From an uncultured archaeon (GTDB taxonomy: Archaea; Nanobdellota; Nanobdellia; Pacearchaeales; GW2011-AR1), in the NCBI GenBank assembly GCA_902386025.1, contig CABMHR010000001.1:177108-241107 (forward strand): a stretch of 64,000 bases of DNA. The letters are read 5' to 3'. Under the pieces are notes generated by a model. It worked only from the letters and a program-made list of their open reading frames with translations. It was not told the origin of the DNA and ran no database searches. The position numbers were made by a program, and so were the translations under genes. Below are positions 29,872 to 40,016 of the stretch, one piece after another (position 1 is the stretch's first letter; each line of letters opens with the position of its first letter).

Positions 29872-31665
29872 ATGAACAAAAGAGTGTGTTTTTTATTTTT
29901 GCTTGGTTTGGTTTTATGTTCATTATTTGCTGCTGCAGCCAATGATACAACTACAGACATACAGACAAAAGCTTATGCCTGTCTGGGAAATAAAGTAAAC
30001 GGACATTGTTCTTCTCTTTCAACAGAAGAAAAAATATTCTCTCTTTTATCAATAGGGCAGTGCAAATCAGAACTTCTTTCAGATTCATTTTCAACTCAAT
30101 GCTGGCCTGAACAGAAATGCACAGTAAAATCAACAGCACAGGCAATTCTTGCATTAAGCAAGGCAGGAATTGACACATCAAAAGCAGAAACTTGGCTGTT
30201 GTCGCAGTCAATAAACTCAAAAGATATTGACTGGTTCCTGCAGGTTGAGGCAAATACTGCTGCTGGAGAAGAAACATCCTGTTCAGTTGCTTATTCGGAT
30301 AATTCAATTCATCATTTTTCTATAAATGAAGACAAGACATTAAGCGGAGATGCAGGAAATTGCTTAAGTGTTTATCAGGATTATTGGTTCAAGGTATCTT
30401 CTTCGTGCTACAACGAGCAGTTTAAAGTTTCCTGTTCTGATTCTTTTCAAACTTCTGTATTGTATCAAAAAACAGATGCAGGCACAAATGATTTTTATGT
30501 TTCAGACAAGACAGCTTCTGCATCAGGCGAGGGGACAACAACAGAAAATATAAATTTATCCTGCTTCAAGACAGGCTCTGTCTGTGATTATGAAGGAACA
30601 TTATGGGCAGCAATTGTTTTAAAATATCTGAAATATGATGTATCTTCTTACATTCCATATTTAATTGCAATGTCAGGAAACAATCCCCAATATATTCCTG
30701 AATCTTTCCTTTACACACTGACTGATAATTTCAGGACAGATTTGCTGACAAGACAGCAGGAGAATCAATGGTGGGCTGCATCAGGGGACAAATTTTATGA
30801 TACTGCTGTTGCACTTCTTCCTTTCCAAAATGAAGATATAACCGAAAAAGCAAATTCAAAAGCTTGGCTTAGCGGCGTTCAGGGAGCAGATGGATGCTGG
30901 CAGGACAATATAAGGAATACTGCATTTATTCTTTATTCTCTTTGGACAAAAAATATTAATGTTACAGTAACCCAGAAAAATTGCGAAAGTTCAAATCATT
31001 TTTGTATGTCAAGCGCTTCGTGTTCAGGCATAAGTGGAACAGAATTAACAGATTACAGCCAGTCTTGTTTGGGAACAAATATTTGCTGTGATAGGCAGAA
31101 AGTATTAGCAAGCTGTTCTGCTCAAGGAGGAAAATTATGCTCTTCAGGAGAGCAGTGTCTTGGAGGAAGTGATATAGATGCATCTGATTCTTTAAACAGC
31201 ATATGCTGTGTAAGCGGGACTTGCGGAGTTCAGCAGCAGACAGCGTGCAGTTCTTCAGGAGGAATATGCAGAGATTCCTGCTTCAGCACAGAGCAATTTT
31301 CTTCATCTTCCTGCTCTTCATCTCAAGTTTGCTGTGTTTCTTCATCAGCATCGCAGAAATCTTCAGGAAGCTTGGTTATTATTCTGCTCGTAATATTAAT
31401 AGTTCTTGCTTTGGCTGGAATAATCTTCAGGAAGAAATTAAGAGAACTTTTCTTGAAATTCAAGTTTGGCGGGGGAAAAGGAAAAGCTCCAACAACTCCA
31501 AGCCCAAGATTCCCTCCAACATCATCTTCAAGAGTTTATCCGGGATTAATTCCAAGAACAATAATTCCGCAGAGAGCTCCTGCTACAAGAGCGCCTGTGA
31601 GAAAACCTGCAGGAAGGGATGAAGTGTCAGATGTTCTCAAAAAATTAAAAGATATTGGGAAATAA
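29872..31665 (+). CDS. Membrane-anchored surface protein with Cys-rich repeats
   Basis: Signal peptide, TAQAILAL/QGADGCW alpha-barrel-like repeats, CSxxGGxC repeats, TM, Pro-rich tail. Confidence 0.75.
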   Translation: MNKRVCFLFLLGLVLCSLFAAAANDTTTDIQTKAYACLGNKVNGHCSSLSTEEKIFSLLSIGQCKSELLSDSFSTQCWPEQKCTVKSTAQAILALSKAGIDTSKAETWLLSQSINSKDIDWFLQVEANTAAGEETSCSVAYSDNSIHHFSINEDKTLSGDAGNCLSVYQDYWFKVSSSCYNEQFKVSCSDSFQTSVLYQKTDAGTNDFYVSDKTASASGEGTTTENINLSCFKTGSVCDYEGTLWAAIVLKYLKYDVSSYIPYLIAMSGNNPQYIPESFLYTLTDNFRTDLLTRQQENQWWAASGDKFYDTAVALLPFQNEDITEKANSKAWLSGVQGADGCWQDNIRNTAFILYSLWTKNINVTVTQKNCESSNHFCMSSASCSGISGTELTDYSQSCLGTNICCDRQKVLASCSAQGGKLCSSGEQCLGGSDIDASDSLNSICCVSGTCGVQQQTACSSSGGICRDSCFSTEQFSSSSCSSSQVCCVSSSASQKSSGSLVIILLVILIVLALAGIIFRKKLRELFLKFKFGGGKGKAPTTPSPRFPPTSSSRVYPGLIPRTIIPQRAPATRAPVRKPAGRDEVSDVLKKLKDIGK

Positions 31666-31790
31666 GATAATTTTTTTGCAGTGCTAAAGAGACATCTAAA
31701 CTCTTTTACCTGATTGATTATTATGCCCATAGTAATTTAATTATTTTCAATACAAATAAACTTTATTAACTCATTTTCTTTTAATCTTTA

Positions 31791-33062
31791 ATGAAAAAAG
31801 AGGTGATACTTGTATTAATGTTATTTTGTTTAGTTTTTCCTTTCGTTTCTGCAGTTGAATTTGATTTAAATCAGAATTTCAGCCAAGGAGAGACATTAGT
31901 GGAAAAAGTGTCAGGAAATTTTCTTTCTCCTTTGACAAAAAATAATATTTTCTTTTACGAAGGGCACGTCAGAATTCCTATGGAATACGGAGTATTGGGA
32001 ATAAACGGCGATTATTACATTTACGCTCTTTTATCTGGAAAATCCGAAGGCGATTATTCTGTATCAATTGAAAATGCGCAGTATATGAAAGGAGCAGAAA
32101 TATTGAGCGATAAAATAATAAAAAATTTTACAATAACAAATGAGACAGCAGATTTTTTTGTCAGTCCAGGAGTAATGATTTCAGCAGGGGATTTTTTTCT
32201 TGAACTTCAGAATACAGGCGACAATCAGGTAACAATCAGCATAAATACTGAAGCAAATAATTCTGGAATAAGGAAAGTAGAAGCTTCTGCAAATTCTGTC
32301 CAGTTAAAATCAGGGGAAATAAAAAAAATATACTTCAAGGTTGGAATAGGAAAGCCTGAACTGAAGACAATTGAATTGAAAACAGAAAAAACAATTTATG
32401 AAATTCCTGTTTACATATCTTCTGAACTTGAAGGAATATTGCAGCCGACTTTCAGCTTTGAGCCGTCAAGCGTGACTTATTCATTCCCAACAAATTCAAT
32501 TATCAAGGAAACAATTTATCTTTATAATACTGGAGAGAAAGAGATAAACAACATAAACATTTCTCTTGATGATTCTCTAATTTCTCTTGTGAATCTTTCT
32601 GTGACAAAGATTACAAGTTTAAAGCCGGATTCAAAAGTTTCCATAGAGCTGACTTTCTTCTCTAAAAACGAGACAACAGAATTGGGAAATCTAAAGGCAA
32701 AATCAGAAGACGCAATAGCATATTCTTCAATCTCATTGAAACTGATGAACAATTATACTCTTTCTCCTAACGAGACAATTCAATCATCAGCAAAAACCTG
32801 CACAGAACTTCTTGGAAGTGTGTGCAATATCTCCACAGAAAAATGCAGCCAAGAGCCTGTATATGCAACAGACAATTTGTGCTGTATGGGAACCTGCGAT
32901 AAAATTCAAAAATCAGGTTCATCAGCTAAAGTAATCGGAATACTTCTTTTTATTCTCGTTGTTGCAGGAGGAGCTTGGTTTTATTTCAAGAAATACAAAA
33001 AGGCAAAAAAACCTCTTAATCTGCTTGAAGTAGCAAAAGGAAAACCTGCTGTCAAGCAGTAA
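31791..33062 (+). CDS. Surface protein with C-terminal Cys cluster and TM anchor
   Basis: Signal (PFVSA), NTG Ig-like repeats, CTELLGSVC...CC, TM plus basic tail. Confidence 0.75.
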   Translation: MKKEVILVLMLFCLVFPFVSAVEFDLNQNFSQGETLVEKVSGNFLSPLTKNNIFFYEGHVRIPMEYGVLGINGDYYIYALLSGKSEGDYSVSIENAQYMKGAEILSDKIIKNFTITNETADFFVSPGVMISAGDFFLELQNTGDNQVTISINTEANNSGIRKVEASANSVQLKSGEIKKIYFKVGIGKPELKTIELKTEKTIYEIPVYISSELEGILQPTFSFEPSSVTYSFPTNSIIKETIYLYNTGEKEINNINISLDDSLISLVNLSVTKITSLKPDSKVSIELTFFSKNETTELGNLKAKSEDAIAYSSISLKLMNNYTLSPNETIQSSAKTCTELLGSVCNISTEKCSQEPVYATDNLCCMGTCDKIQKSGSSAKVIGILLFILVVAGGAWFYFKKYKKAKKPLNLLEVAKGKPAVKQ

Positions 33063-33276
33063 TATTCACATCTCTTCCAAAAATATTTGTTTCTATTAAT
33101 TTCCCCTTTAAATCATAAATTTTCTGGACTGATTCTTTTTCTTTGTCAAATTTTCTTTTTAATCTTTCTTCTTCTTTTTCTTCAGGAACTTTTCCAGCAT
33201 CCAAGCCCTGCTTTATTAACTGATGAAAATATCCTGTGTACGTCGCCATTGTGGGAGAAATTTCATTTATTCTCAT
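33052..33276 (-). CDS. Hypothetical protein
   Basis: Short ORF overlapping the upstream stop; start uncertain. Confidence 0.45.
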   Translation of the reverse strand: MRINEISPTMATYTGYFHQLIKQGLDAGKVPEEKEEERLKRKFDKEKESVQKIYDLKGKLIETNIFGRDVNITA

Positions 33277-33730
33277 CTCTTTTTTTGTTTTTTTCCTTAA
33301 CCTCTTCTCCAAGTGATTCTCTTAATTTCTTCTCCAGAATTGTTTTTTCTGTCTGCAAAATTCTTGTTATTTCCTCGTAGCCGTGCAGTCTTCTTGTCAA
33401 TTCATTGAGGATTTCCCCAAAACTTGCATTTGTCAGCTGAATATTTTGGGGGGAAGTAATCTCAACATATGCAGGCATATATTTGAACATCAATCCAACA
33501 ATAGACAAAAGCTCTTCAGCTTCAATCTCAATCTCTGCAAAACTCGTGTAAAAATCTTTCTGCTCTTTCATAATGACAGGCGGATTTATTTTTGTCTCTC
33601 TTAATTTTATCCCTTTTTCCTGCCCAATCCTCTTTACCAAGTCGTTCAAGGTTTCAGTCAGGAATTCTGCAGGCCTTCCAAGGACTTCAAGAATGAAAAC
33701 TGCATTTATTTTTTTCTCATTTGAACTCAT
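33263..33730 (-). CDS. Conserved archaeal hypothetical protein
   Basis: ILEVLGRP...FYTSFAEIE...YMPAYVEI pattern. Confidence 0.7.
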   Translation of the reverse strand: MSSNEKKINAVFILEVLGRPAEFLTETLNDLVKRIGQEKGIKLRETKINPPVIMKEQKDFYTSFAEIEIEAEELLSIVGLMFKYMPAYVEITSPQNIQLTNASFGEILNELTRRLHGYEEITRILQTEKTILEKKLRESLGEEVKEKNKKRDENK

Positions 33731-34316
33731 TTTTATTTTTTCTCCTTCCAATCAAAAACAAAATACCGAACATAACACAGAAGGTTATGATTCCGTAAAA
33801 AGATAAATTCTTTTTCAAAATTTCTTTATTATCTTCGCTTTTTATACTTTTTGCATCTTCAGTATCTGCATTAAGAGTTATTGCAGGAAGCTCTACTGCC
33901 TTTTCAGAATTTTTTGCATTGCTGCTTGGCATAGAAGTTGTGTGGGGGATGTTCTCTGATGCTTCTGTATCTTTGTCTGTATTTGTATAATTATCTTCTA
34001 TTGTTTCATTTTCCTTAATTTCTGTTGTGTTTTCATCATTTGTTTCTTCATCTTCATCCACACAAGCCAGCCCTTGAGATTTTATTTGATTTAATCTTGT
34101 TCCATTTCCTATCCCGCTAACTCTTGCTAAATCATCAACAGAACCAAATGGGCGCAGTTCAATAATGCTCTGCGCTCTTGCAGGGCCTATTTGAGTTATT
34201 TCCTGCAGGGCAGTTAAATCAGCAGTGTTAATATTAATTTGAGTTGAATTGCATAATGCGAAGGCGTTTGATATTAATGCAACTGCAATTAAGAAAATCA
34301 TCAACCTCTTAATCAT
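33717..34316 (-). CDS. ComEA-like helix-hairpin-helix surface protein
   Basis: ININTADLTAL..I.QIGPARAQSIIELRPFGSVDDLARVSGIG; signal and C-terminal TM. Confidence 0.85.
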   Translation of the reverse strand: MIKRLMIFLIAVALISNAFALCNSTQININTADLTALQEITQIGPARAQSIIELRPFGSVDDLARVSGIGNGTRLNQIKSQGLACVDEDEETNDENTTEIKENETIEDNYTNTDKDTEASENIPHTTSMPSSNAKNSEKAVELPAITLNADTEDAKSIKSEDNKEILKKNLSFYGIITFCVMFGILFLIGRRKNKNEFK

Positions 34317-34340
34317 ATATAGAACAGCAAAAAAGGATTT

Positions 34341-34631
34341 TTATTTTTTGTTATATCTAACATCAAAATCAATATATTCAATTTTGCCTCTTTCTTTTGA
34401 TTTTTTTGCAATCCATATCTTTGAGAAAATTTCTTTTTGTAGATACCACCTACACTTCTCTTTCTCTTCTTTTGAAAGAATACCATTCATTTTAACTTCA
34501 ACTCCAATTACGCTATATAATCCATCATGAATGTGTCTCATTATAATGAAATCAGGAAACCCCGCACCCAAAACAAATAACTTCTTAAAAGGATTATATT
34601 TTCTAGCAATGATTAACTTTCCCTCTTTCAT
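34341..34631 (-). CDS. C-terminal part of split Hjc-like PD-(D/E)xK nuclease
   Basis: GFPDF...IGVEVK catalytic motifs; ATG overlaps the endonuclease stop. Confidence 0.65.
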   Translation of the reverse strand: MKEGKLIIARKYNPFKKLFVLGAGFPDFIIMRHIHDGLYSVIGVEVKMNGILSKEEKEKCRWYLQKEIFSKIWIAKKSKERGKIEYIDFDVRYNKK

Positions 34632-35296
34632 TTTATAACCTCTAAAATTTTATCTTTACAAAATTCTAAATTTGACTTAATCTCATGTTCCCATAATCTT
34701 AAAATAATATATCCCTTGTTCTGCAACTCTTTGGTTCTAATTTTGTCTATCTCTCTTCCAGAAGGGTAATTGTGATAATAATCTCCATCACATTCTATAA
34801 TTATTTTTTTGTTTATGATAATATCACATTGATATTTGTGTACAATATCTGTAATCGGTTGGTGTTTTATAAAAGGAATATTTAATTCAGTTAATAAATT
34901 TTGGATAATCAACTCAGGTTTAGTATCTTTTTTTAGTATCTTTTGGTAAAGTCTCTTTTCTTTTATTTTAAGGATTGTTTCTTTGGATTTATTAACACCC
35001 GGATTTGTTTTACCTTTGATAAAAGTGTGTCTAAATGGGTTATCTCTTATTCTCTCTTTTGTATCAAGAGAATGTTTATATCCTTTATGATATTGATTAT
35101 TTAAATTATTTTTTATAAGTTTACTCTCTTTAGCCAATTTGCTTAATTTTTCAGATTTAAAATAACAAAATCTGTTACAATAGATTTGGGTTTTTCTTTC
35201 AGTTTTTATTTCTTTCTTGCATGTTGGACAAATTTTTGTATAAATCTTAGCTTTTTCCCATTCTATCTTTTTCTTCCCCTTATTAAATGGAATCAT
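34628..35296 (-). mobile_element. Putative homing endonuclease (zinc finger, NUMOD3-like repeats, Vsr/DUF559-type nuclease)
   Basis: CPTC..YCNRFC, KHSLDTKERI, KSKETILKI, TKPE...IECDGDYYH...DKIRTKEL...ILRLWEHEI; lies between two halves of one gene. Confidence 0.75.
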
Positions 35297-35308
35297 TATT
35301 TTTTAATC

Positions 35309-35569
35309 CTATTTATTTTCCTCTTTAAACTCAACATTATTTACCCATTTACTTACTATCCAGCCTTTTCCTTCTAAGTCTTTTCTAACTTTTAATTCAA
35401 ATCTTCCCCCCTGTGCTCTGGATAAACTGCCTTTTTTAATTCTGCTTTTTTCTTTAATTTTATGTATTGTCCCATTATTATCCCAAGAGGTTTCATAATT
35501 TTCCGGGTCTCCTGCTTTACGGATTATTTCCATAATCTTATCTTTATGCTCTTTTTCTATTCTTTCCAT
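35309..35569 (-). CDS. N-terminal part of split Hjc-like nuclease
   Basis: SRAQGGRFELKVRKDLEGKGWIV matches the Hjc N-terminal G..E..L...GW.V pattern. Confidence 0.65.
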   Translation of the reverse strand: MERIEKEHKDKIMEIIRKAGDPENYETSWDNNGTIHKIKEKSRIKKGSLSRAQGGRFELKVRKDLEGKGWIVSKWVNNVEFKEENK

Positions 35570-35660
35570 AAATTTATACTAAAAAGGAAGTTTATATTTT
35601 TTTAGAATTTCAAAAGATTTAAATATAAAATTAATTTTATATTAATAAGGAGAGGTGATT

Positions 35661-35816
35661 ATGAAAAAAACAAAATTTAAATTTAAGTTTCACCCATTGG
35701 GGCTTTTGGGATTTTTGGGTTTTCTTGGATTCTTAGGAATAATAAATCCTTGGCAGTATTTGATGTTTTTTAATTTCCTTTATTTCTTAAGATTTTTTCA
35801 TAAAGTTAAAGGATAA
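35661..35816 (+). CDS. Small membrane protein with LGFLGFLG repeats (absent from ORF track)
   Basis: GAGGTGA SD; MKKTKFKFKFHPLGLLGFLGFLGFLGIINPWQYLMFF..., 51 aa. Confidence 0.7.
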   Translation: MKKTKFKFKFHPLGLLGFLGFLGFLGIINPWQYLMFFNFLYFLRFFHKVKG

Positions 35817-35819
35817 AAA

Positions 35820-36005
35820 TTACAAGTCCCTTGACTGAATTGTTCTCCGCTTGTTTGCTTTGGCTCTTTCAATTGCATTGACTAATATATCTTCAACTTT
35901 TTTGTCAAGTGCAGTTGCAACTTCATCAGCAACAGAAGATATTGCATTTTCTTTGTCAAGCTCCTTAATCAAGGGGCGTATCTGTGATTTTATTATAATT
36001 CCCAT
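35820..36005 (-). CDS. Short histone-fold protein
   Basis: AIERAKANKRRTIQSRDL (RxTxxxxD) C-terminus, 61 aa. Confidence 0.85.
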   Translation of the reverse strand: MGIIIKSQIRPLIKELDKENAISSVADEVATALDKKVEDILVNAIERAKANKRRTIQSRDL

Positions 36006-36799
36006 TATTTGCCTTTAGCCTTTTTAATATCGTCGTCAAATTCTTTTATTGTTCCCCTGACTTGTTCAATTTCTTTTTCAGAGATTTTGTAATCCTCGTG
36101 GACAATTCTGTTATGCAGTGTTTCTATCTTGTTCATTCTTTCTTTTGTGTCTAATTTTATCCAGTTGTTTTCCAGCAAAAGATTTGAAGCCCCTTTTATG
36201 TCAATTGATTCATCTTCTTCAATTGGGATATTCATCTTTTCCACAATTGCATTCTTCACCATTGAATCCAATATAAGATAATACCTGATGAATTCAGCAA
36301 CATTATCTTTGTTTGCAGGCTCTAATTTCAGCTTTTCAATTTCTTCTTCAAGCTCCATTGAATCATTTTCCCTGTCTTTTTTCTCTGACCAGATTGAAGC
36401 GAAAATTCCCGAAGTTGCGAATATAAGCGAGATAATTGTCAAGATTGCTCCTTTAATAAATAAAGATTGTGCAACTAAAATTATCAATATATAAAAAGGA
36501 GAAAGGAAAGATATAAACCAAAGCACTGATGCAGTCCAGTTCATTATTCTTTTAACCCTGTTCAATGGGTCTTTTATCACATAATTGATTCCATAAAAAT
36601 AAATTGACAGGAACTGGATAAAAATAATTGCGTTTAGAAATTGGTCTGGGGAAATATCAAACCATAAAATTTTGAAGGTTATTCCAGAAGAGAAAAGCGA
36701 AATGATGGAATCCCTTAATGTAAAAGTTATCAGCAGGAAAGACAAGGAGTAAACTACCTTGCTGTCAATAAATGCAAATAATTTATTTTCGTCTGTCAT
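36005..36799 (-). CDS. Membrane protein with HEPN-like C-terminal domain
   Basis: 4 TM then helical domain containing HNRIVH. Confidence 0.55.
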   Translation of the reverse strand: MTDENKLFAFIDSKVVYSLSFLLITFTLRDSIISLFSSGITFKILWFDISPDQFLNAIIFIQFLSIYFYGINYVIKDPLNRVKRIMNWTASVLWFISFLSPFYILIILVAQSLFIKGAILTIISLIFATSGIFASIWSEKKDRENDSMELEEEIEKLKLEPANKDNVAEFIRYYLILDSMVKNAIVEKMNIPIEEDESIDIKGASNLLLENNWIKLDTKERMNKIETLHNRIVHEDYKISEKEIEQVRGTIKEFDDDIKKAKGK

Positions 36800-36828
36800 T
36801 TTTCACCTTTTTTAATTAATAACCCCCC

Positions 36829-37215
36829 TCATTTTTTATGTTTTTTCTCAATCAAACCCTCTACAATTCCCAAAGCAATAAACCAAATAAGGAAATCAAT
36901 CAATACTTGAATTGTTGAATTAACTTTTATATTGGATATTAAAAAATAATGAACGATTAAAATAGGGATAATCATTAAATACATAAGATAATATTCCCAT
37001 TCTGTCTTTTTTCTTTTTCTGGATTTCCTCCTTATTTTAACCACTCCCAATATCACAAATGAACTTGTAAGCATAATCCAAAATATTACGAAATCAATAA
37101 AAACCTGAATAGTTGAGCTAAAATTAATTTTTGAGATTAAGAAATAATGGATAATTAGTATAACTAATGTGGAGATACCAATTCCTAAACTACTTTTTTT
37201 ATATTTTTCTTTCAT
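36829..37215 (-). CDS. Membrane protein with internal two-fold repeat
   Basis: HYFLIS.I...STIQV.IDF.I occurs twice. Confidence 0.65.
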   Translation of the reverse strand: MKEKYKKSSLGIGISTLVILIIHYFLISKINFSSTIQVFIDFVIFWIMLTSSFVILGVVKIRRKSRKRKKTEWEYYLMYLMIIPILIVHYFLISNIKVNSTIQVLIDFLIWFIALGIVEGLIEKKHKK

Positions 37216-37217
37216 AT

Positions 37218-38678
37218 TTATTTTTCCTTCCGCTCAAAGCTCGGCTTCATCAATGGAAATATGACGCATTCGCCCACAGGCTTATTTTCAAGAAATGCAA
37301 ATAATCTTTCTGAAATTCCAAATCCTGTTGTGGGGGGCATTCCGTATTTCAATGCTTCAACAAAATCATTGTCAGTCATCTGTGCTTCCTCGTCGCCTGC
37401 TGCCCTTAGTTTTGCCTGTTCCGCAAATCTTTCCATCTGTTCTATCGGTTCATTCAATTCGCTGAACCCCTTTCCAACTTCAGAGCCTGCAATTAATATT
37501 TGGTATCTTTCAACAACATCTGGATTTTTTTCAGAGCGTTTTGCCAAGGGTTCCATACTTACAGGAACATTTATCAGAAATCCAGGCCCGCCGATTTTTT
37601 TCCTGCAGTATTTCCACAGATTGTCAATCCCCCTTGTAAGATTAAATCCTTTTTTTTCATATTCTATGTTTAATTCTTTTAATTTTGATTTTATCTCTTC
37701 AGTATTTGTCTTTAATATATTCACTTTTGTCATTTTTTTTATTATTTCTATGAAATCATATGTCTCCCACTTTTTTCCCAAATCAACATCAAATCCCTTT
37801 ATCTTGAATTTGAGTGTTCCGTAGACTTCTTTTGCTATATACTTGTACATCTCTTCTGCGAGCTTCATTCCGTCGTTGTAATCAGCATATGCCCAGTAGA
37901 ATTCCATCTGCGTGTAATCCTGAAGATGTTCTGCATCCATTCCTTCATTTCGGAATATTCTCCCTATTTCAAAAACCTTGGGATAACCTGCAACCATCAA
38001 TCTCTTTAGCCATAATTCAGGAGAAATTCTAAGATAAACATTAAGATTCAATGCATTATGATGGGTAATAAAAGGTTTTGTCTCTGCCCCTCCGGGAGTA
38101 TTCTCAAGAACAGGAGTTTCAACTTCCATAAATCCTTTTGACAGCAAAAAATTCCTGATTGACTGCCAGAATTTTGCTTTTCTTATGAACAAGTCTCTTA
38201 TTTCTGGATTCATCATTATTTCAAGATATCTTTTTCTTAATCTTTCTTCATCATCCTGCAAGCCGTGGAATTTTTCTGGGAGAGGGAGAATTGCTTTTGA
38301 AAGCAGAGTCAGATTTTTCACAAGTATTGATGTTTCATTTGTCTTTGTTTTAAATATTTCCCCTTCAATTCCAACAAAATCTCCAGCATCAATATATTTG
38401 CTGAAGAAAGAGAATACTTTTTCAGGAGTGTTCTTTTCCTGAAAGACAATTTGAATATCTCCTGTTGAATCTCTCAATTTTGCGAAAGAAATTTTTCCCA
38501 ATTCTCTTTTTGTAATCAATCTTCCTGCTGTTTTTACTTTGGAATTTATCTTTGACTTAAGGCACTCTTCTGCATTTTCTTTTTTGTCAAATCTGTGCGG
38601 ATAAGGATTAACTCCTTTTTTTCTAATTTCTTCAATTTTTCTTATTCTTTCGTTTACTATCTGCTCTTCACGTCCCAT
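37218..38678 (-). CDS. lysS: Lysine--tRNA ligase, class II
   Basis: OB fold, YLRISPEL, FEIGRIFRNEG, YGMPPTTGFGI. Confidence 0.96.
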   Translation of the reverse strand: MGREEQIVNERIRKIEEIRKKGVNPYPHRFDKKENAEECLKSKINSKVKTAGRLITKRELGKISFAKLRDSTGDIQIVFQEKNTPEKVFSFFSKYIDAGDFVGIEGEIFKTKTNETSILVKNLTLLSKAILPLPEKFHGLQDDEERLRKRYLEIMMNPEIRDLFIRKAKFWQSIRNFLLSKGFMEVETPVLENTPGGAETKPFITHHNALNLNVYLRISPELWLKRLMVAGYPKVFEIGRIFRNEGMDAEHLQDYTQMEFYWAYADYNDGMKLAEEMYKYIAKEVYGTLKFKIKGFDVDLGKKWETYDFIEIIKKMTKVNILKTNTEEIKSKLKELNIEYEKKGFNLTRGIDNLWKYCRKKIGGPGFLINVPVSMEPLAKRSEKNPDVVERYQILIAGSEVGKGFSELNEPIEQMERFAEQAKLRAAGDEEAQMTDNDFVEALKYGMPPTTGFGISERLFAFLENKPVGECVIFPLMKPSFERKEK

Positions 38679-38750
38679 ATTTTATCTAAATAAAACTATT
38701 TTAAATATTTAACCAAAAAGATTTATTAACCTAGTTTTGCTGATATAATT

Positions 38751-38978
38751 ATGAAAAAGAGAGGAATGCACGGATATTTATTCAAGCACGGCAAAGAAGA
38801 CAAAATGAAATGCAGTTGCCGCTGCGGAACATGCGGAGGGGGGATTTACTTTCTTGGATTTATCGGTGCTGCAGTTTTTTACCTTCAGCAGTCAACAACT
38901 TTCTGGACAGGCGTTCTTGCTGTATTAAAAGCAATGGTTTGGCCTGCAATGCTTGTGTATAAGCTTCTTGGATTTTAG
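38751..38978 (+). CDS. Small membrane protein
   Basis: GGIYFLGFIGAAVFYLQ...LKAMVWPAMLVY. Confidence 0.7.
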   Translation: MKKRGMHGYLFKHGKEDKMKCSCRCGTCGGGIYFLGFIGAAVFYLQQSTTFWTGVLAVLKAMVWPAMLVYKLLGF

Positions 38979-39009
38979 AAAGAGGTGATAATTATTTTCC
39001 TCTTCCCAA

Positions 39010-39411
39010 TTATTCTCTGTCCAGCTCATTATTAAGCAATTCATCAGCCAACACTTGAAATTTGTCTTCTCTTCCTACGTGCTGATATTTTATTTTTTTG
39101 AAATTTTCCTGAAGCTTCTGGACTTTTAAAAATAAAGGAAGAAGATGCGGATTTCTGACTTTATACTTTCCCAAAAGCTGATTAACAACAAGTTCAGAAT
39201 CAAGAATGCAGATAAGTTCATCATTTGTAAATTTTGAAGCGAGTTCAAGAGCTTTTATCAGCGCTTCATATTCTGCGATGTTATTTGTCACGAATTTCCC
39301 AATCTTTGTAGAATATTTTGTGAGGATTTTTTCATCTTCTCTGACAAGAACTCCTATTGCTCCTGCTCCAGGGTTTCCCCTCGCACCGCCATCGGAATTT
39401 GTATATATCAT
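39010..39411 (-). CDS. rnhA: Ribonuclease HI family protein
   Basis: DGGARGNPG, TNNIAEYEAL, DSELVVNQ. Confidence 0.92.
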   Translation of the reverse strand: MIYTNSDGGARGNPGAGAIGVLVREDEKILTKYSTKIGKFVTNNIAEYEALIKALELASKFTNDELICILDSELVVNQLLGKYKVRNPHLLPLFLKVQKLQENFKKIKYQHVGREDKFQVLADELLNNELDRE

Positions 39412-39458
39412 AAATAATAAAAAGAAAAAGGATTTTTATAATTTGTTAAGAGAGATAA

Positions 39459-39764
39459 TCAGGTTATCTTATTAATCAATTCATTCTTTATTAATTTCTT
39501 TTTCTCTCCAGAAAGATTGGATATAAATTTCTTAACCATGCTCTTTGATATCGTAAAAATATAATTTAATTTTATCACGCTATCCCTTGGAAGCCCTTCT
39601 TTTTTTGGGATAAAAATGCCTTTCATTTTTGTATTGCTTGTTATACCCGCGACAACAATATTGCCCTGTTCTTCAAATAAAACAAGTGCTGGGCGGGTTT
39701 TAACCTCAAATGTATCTGTATACTGAATCTGTGCTAATATTATCTGCCCAAAACTAAATTTCAT
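39459..39764 (-). CDS. PemK/MazF-family toxin
   Basis: GQIILA..YTD...KTRPALV...ITSN...GLPRDSVI. Confidence 0.85.
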   Translation of the reverse strand: MKFSFGQIILAQIQYTDTFEVKTRPALVLFEEQGNIVVAGITSNTKMKGIFIPKKEGLPRDSVIKLNYIFTISKSMVKKFISNLSGEKKKLIKNELINKIT

Positions 39765-39981
39765 CCCAAATTTCGTCCTCTTTATTATTCCAAAGTTCTT
39801 TCATTTTTGGCTGTTGGATTTTATGAAGAAATTCATCATACTGATTTCTTTTTTTCAACATCAAAAAGAATTTAGCCATCTGGCTTAATAATTCATTATA
39901 TGTCTGCTGGGGGTAATCTTTTGCTTCTTTGAGCATTTCAATAACTTTTTTGTCCAGCAGAATAGTGGATTCTTGTGGCAT
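39754..39981 (-). CDS. Putative antitoxin of the MazF-like toxin
   Basis: Overlaps toxin start; TYNELL RHH-like N-terminus, ELWNNKEDEIWD C-terminus. Confidence 0.75.
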   Translation of the reverse strand: MPQESTILLDKKVIEMLKEAKDYPQQTYNELLSQMAKFFLMLKKRNQYDEFLHKIQQPKMKELWNNKEDEIWDEI

Positions 39982-40016
39982 ATATAAATAAGGTATAAGT
40001 AATTATATAAATATTC

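Noticed and set aside
34628..35296. Intein or group I intron carrying the endonuclease
   Set aside because: Stop codon and frame change exclude an intein; non-coding flanks are about 12 nt or less, too short for a ribozyme core.
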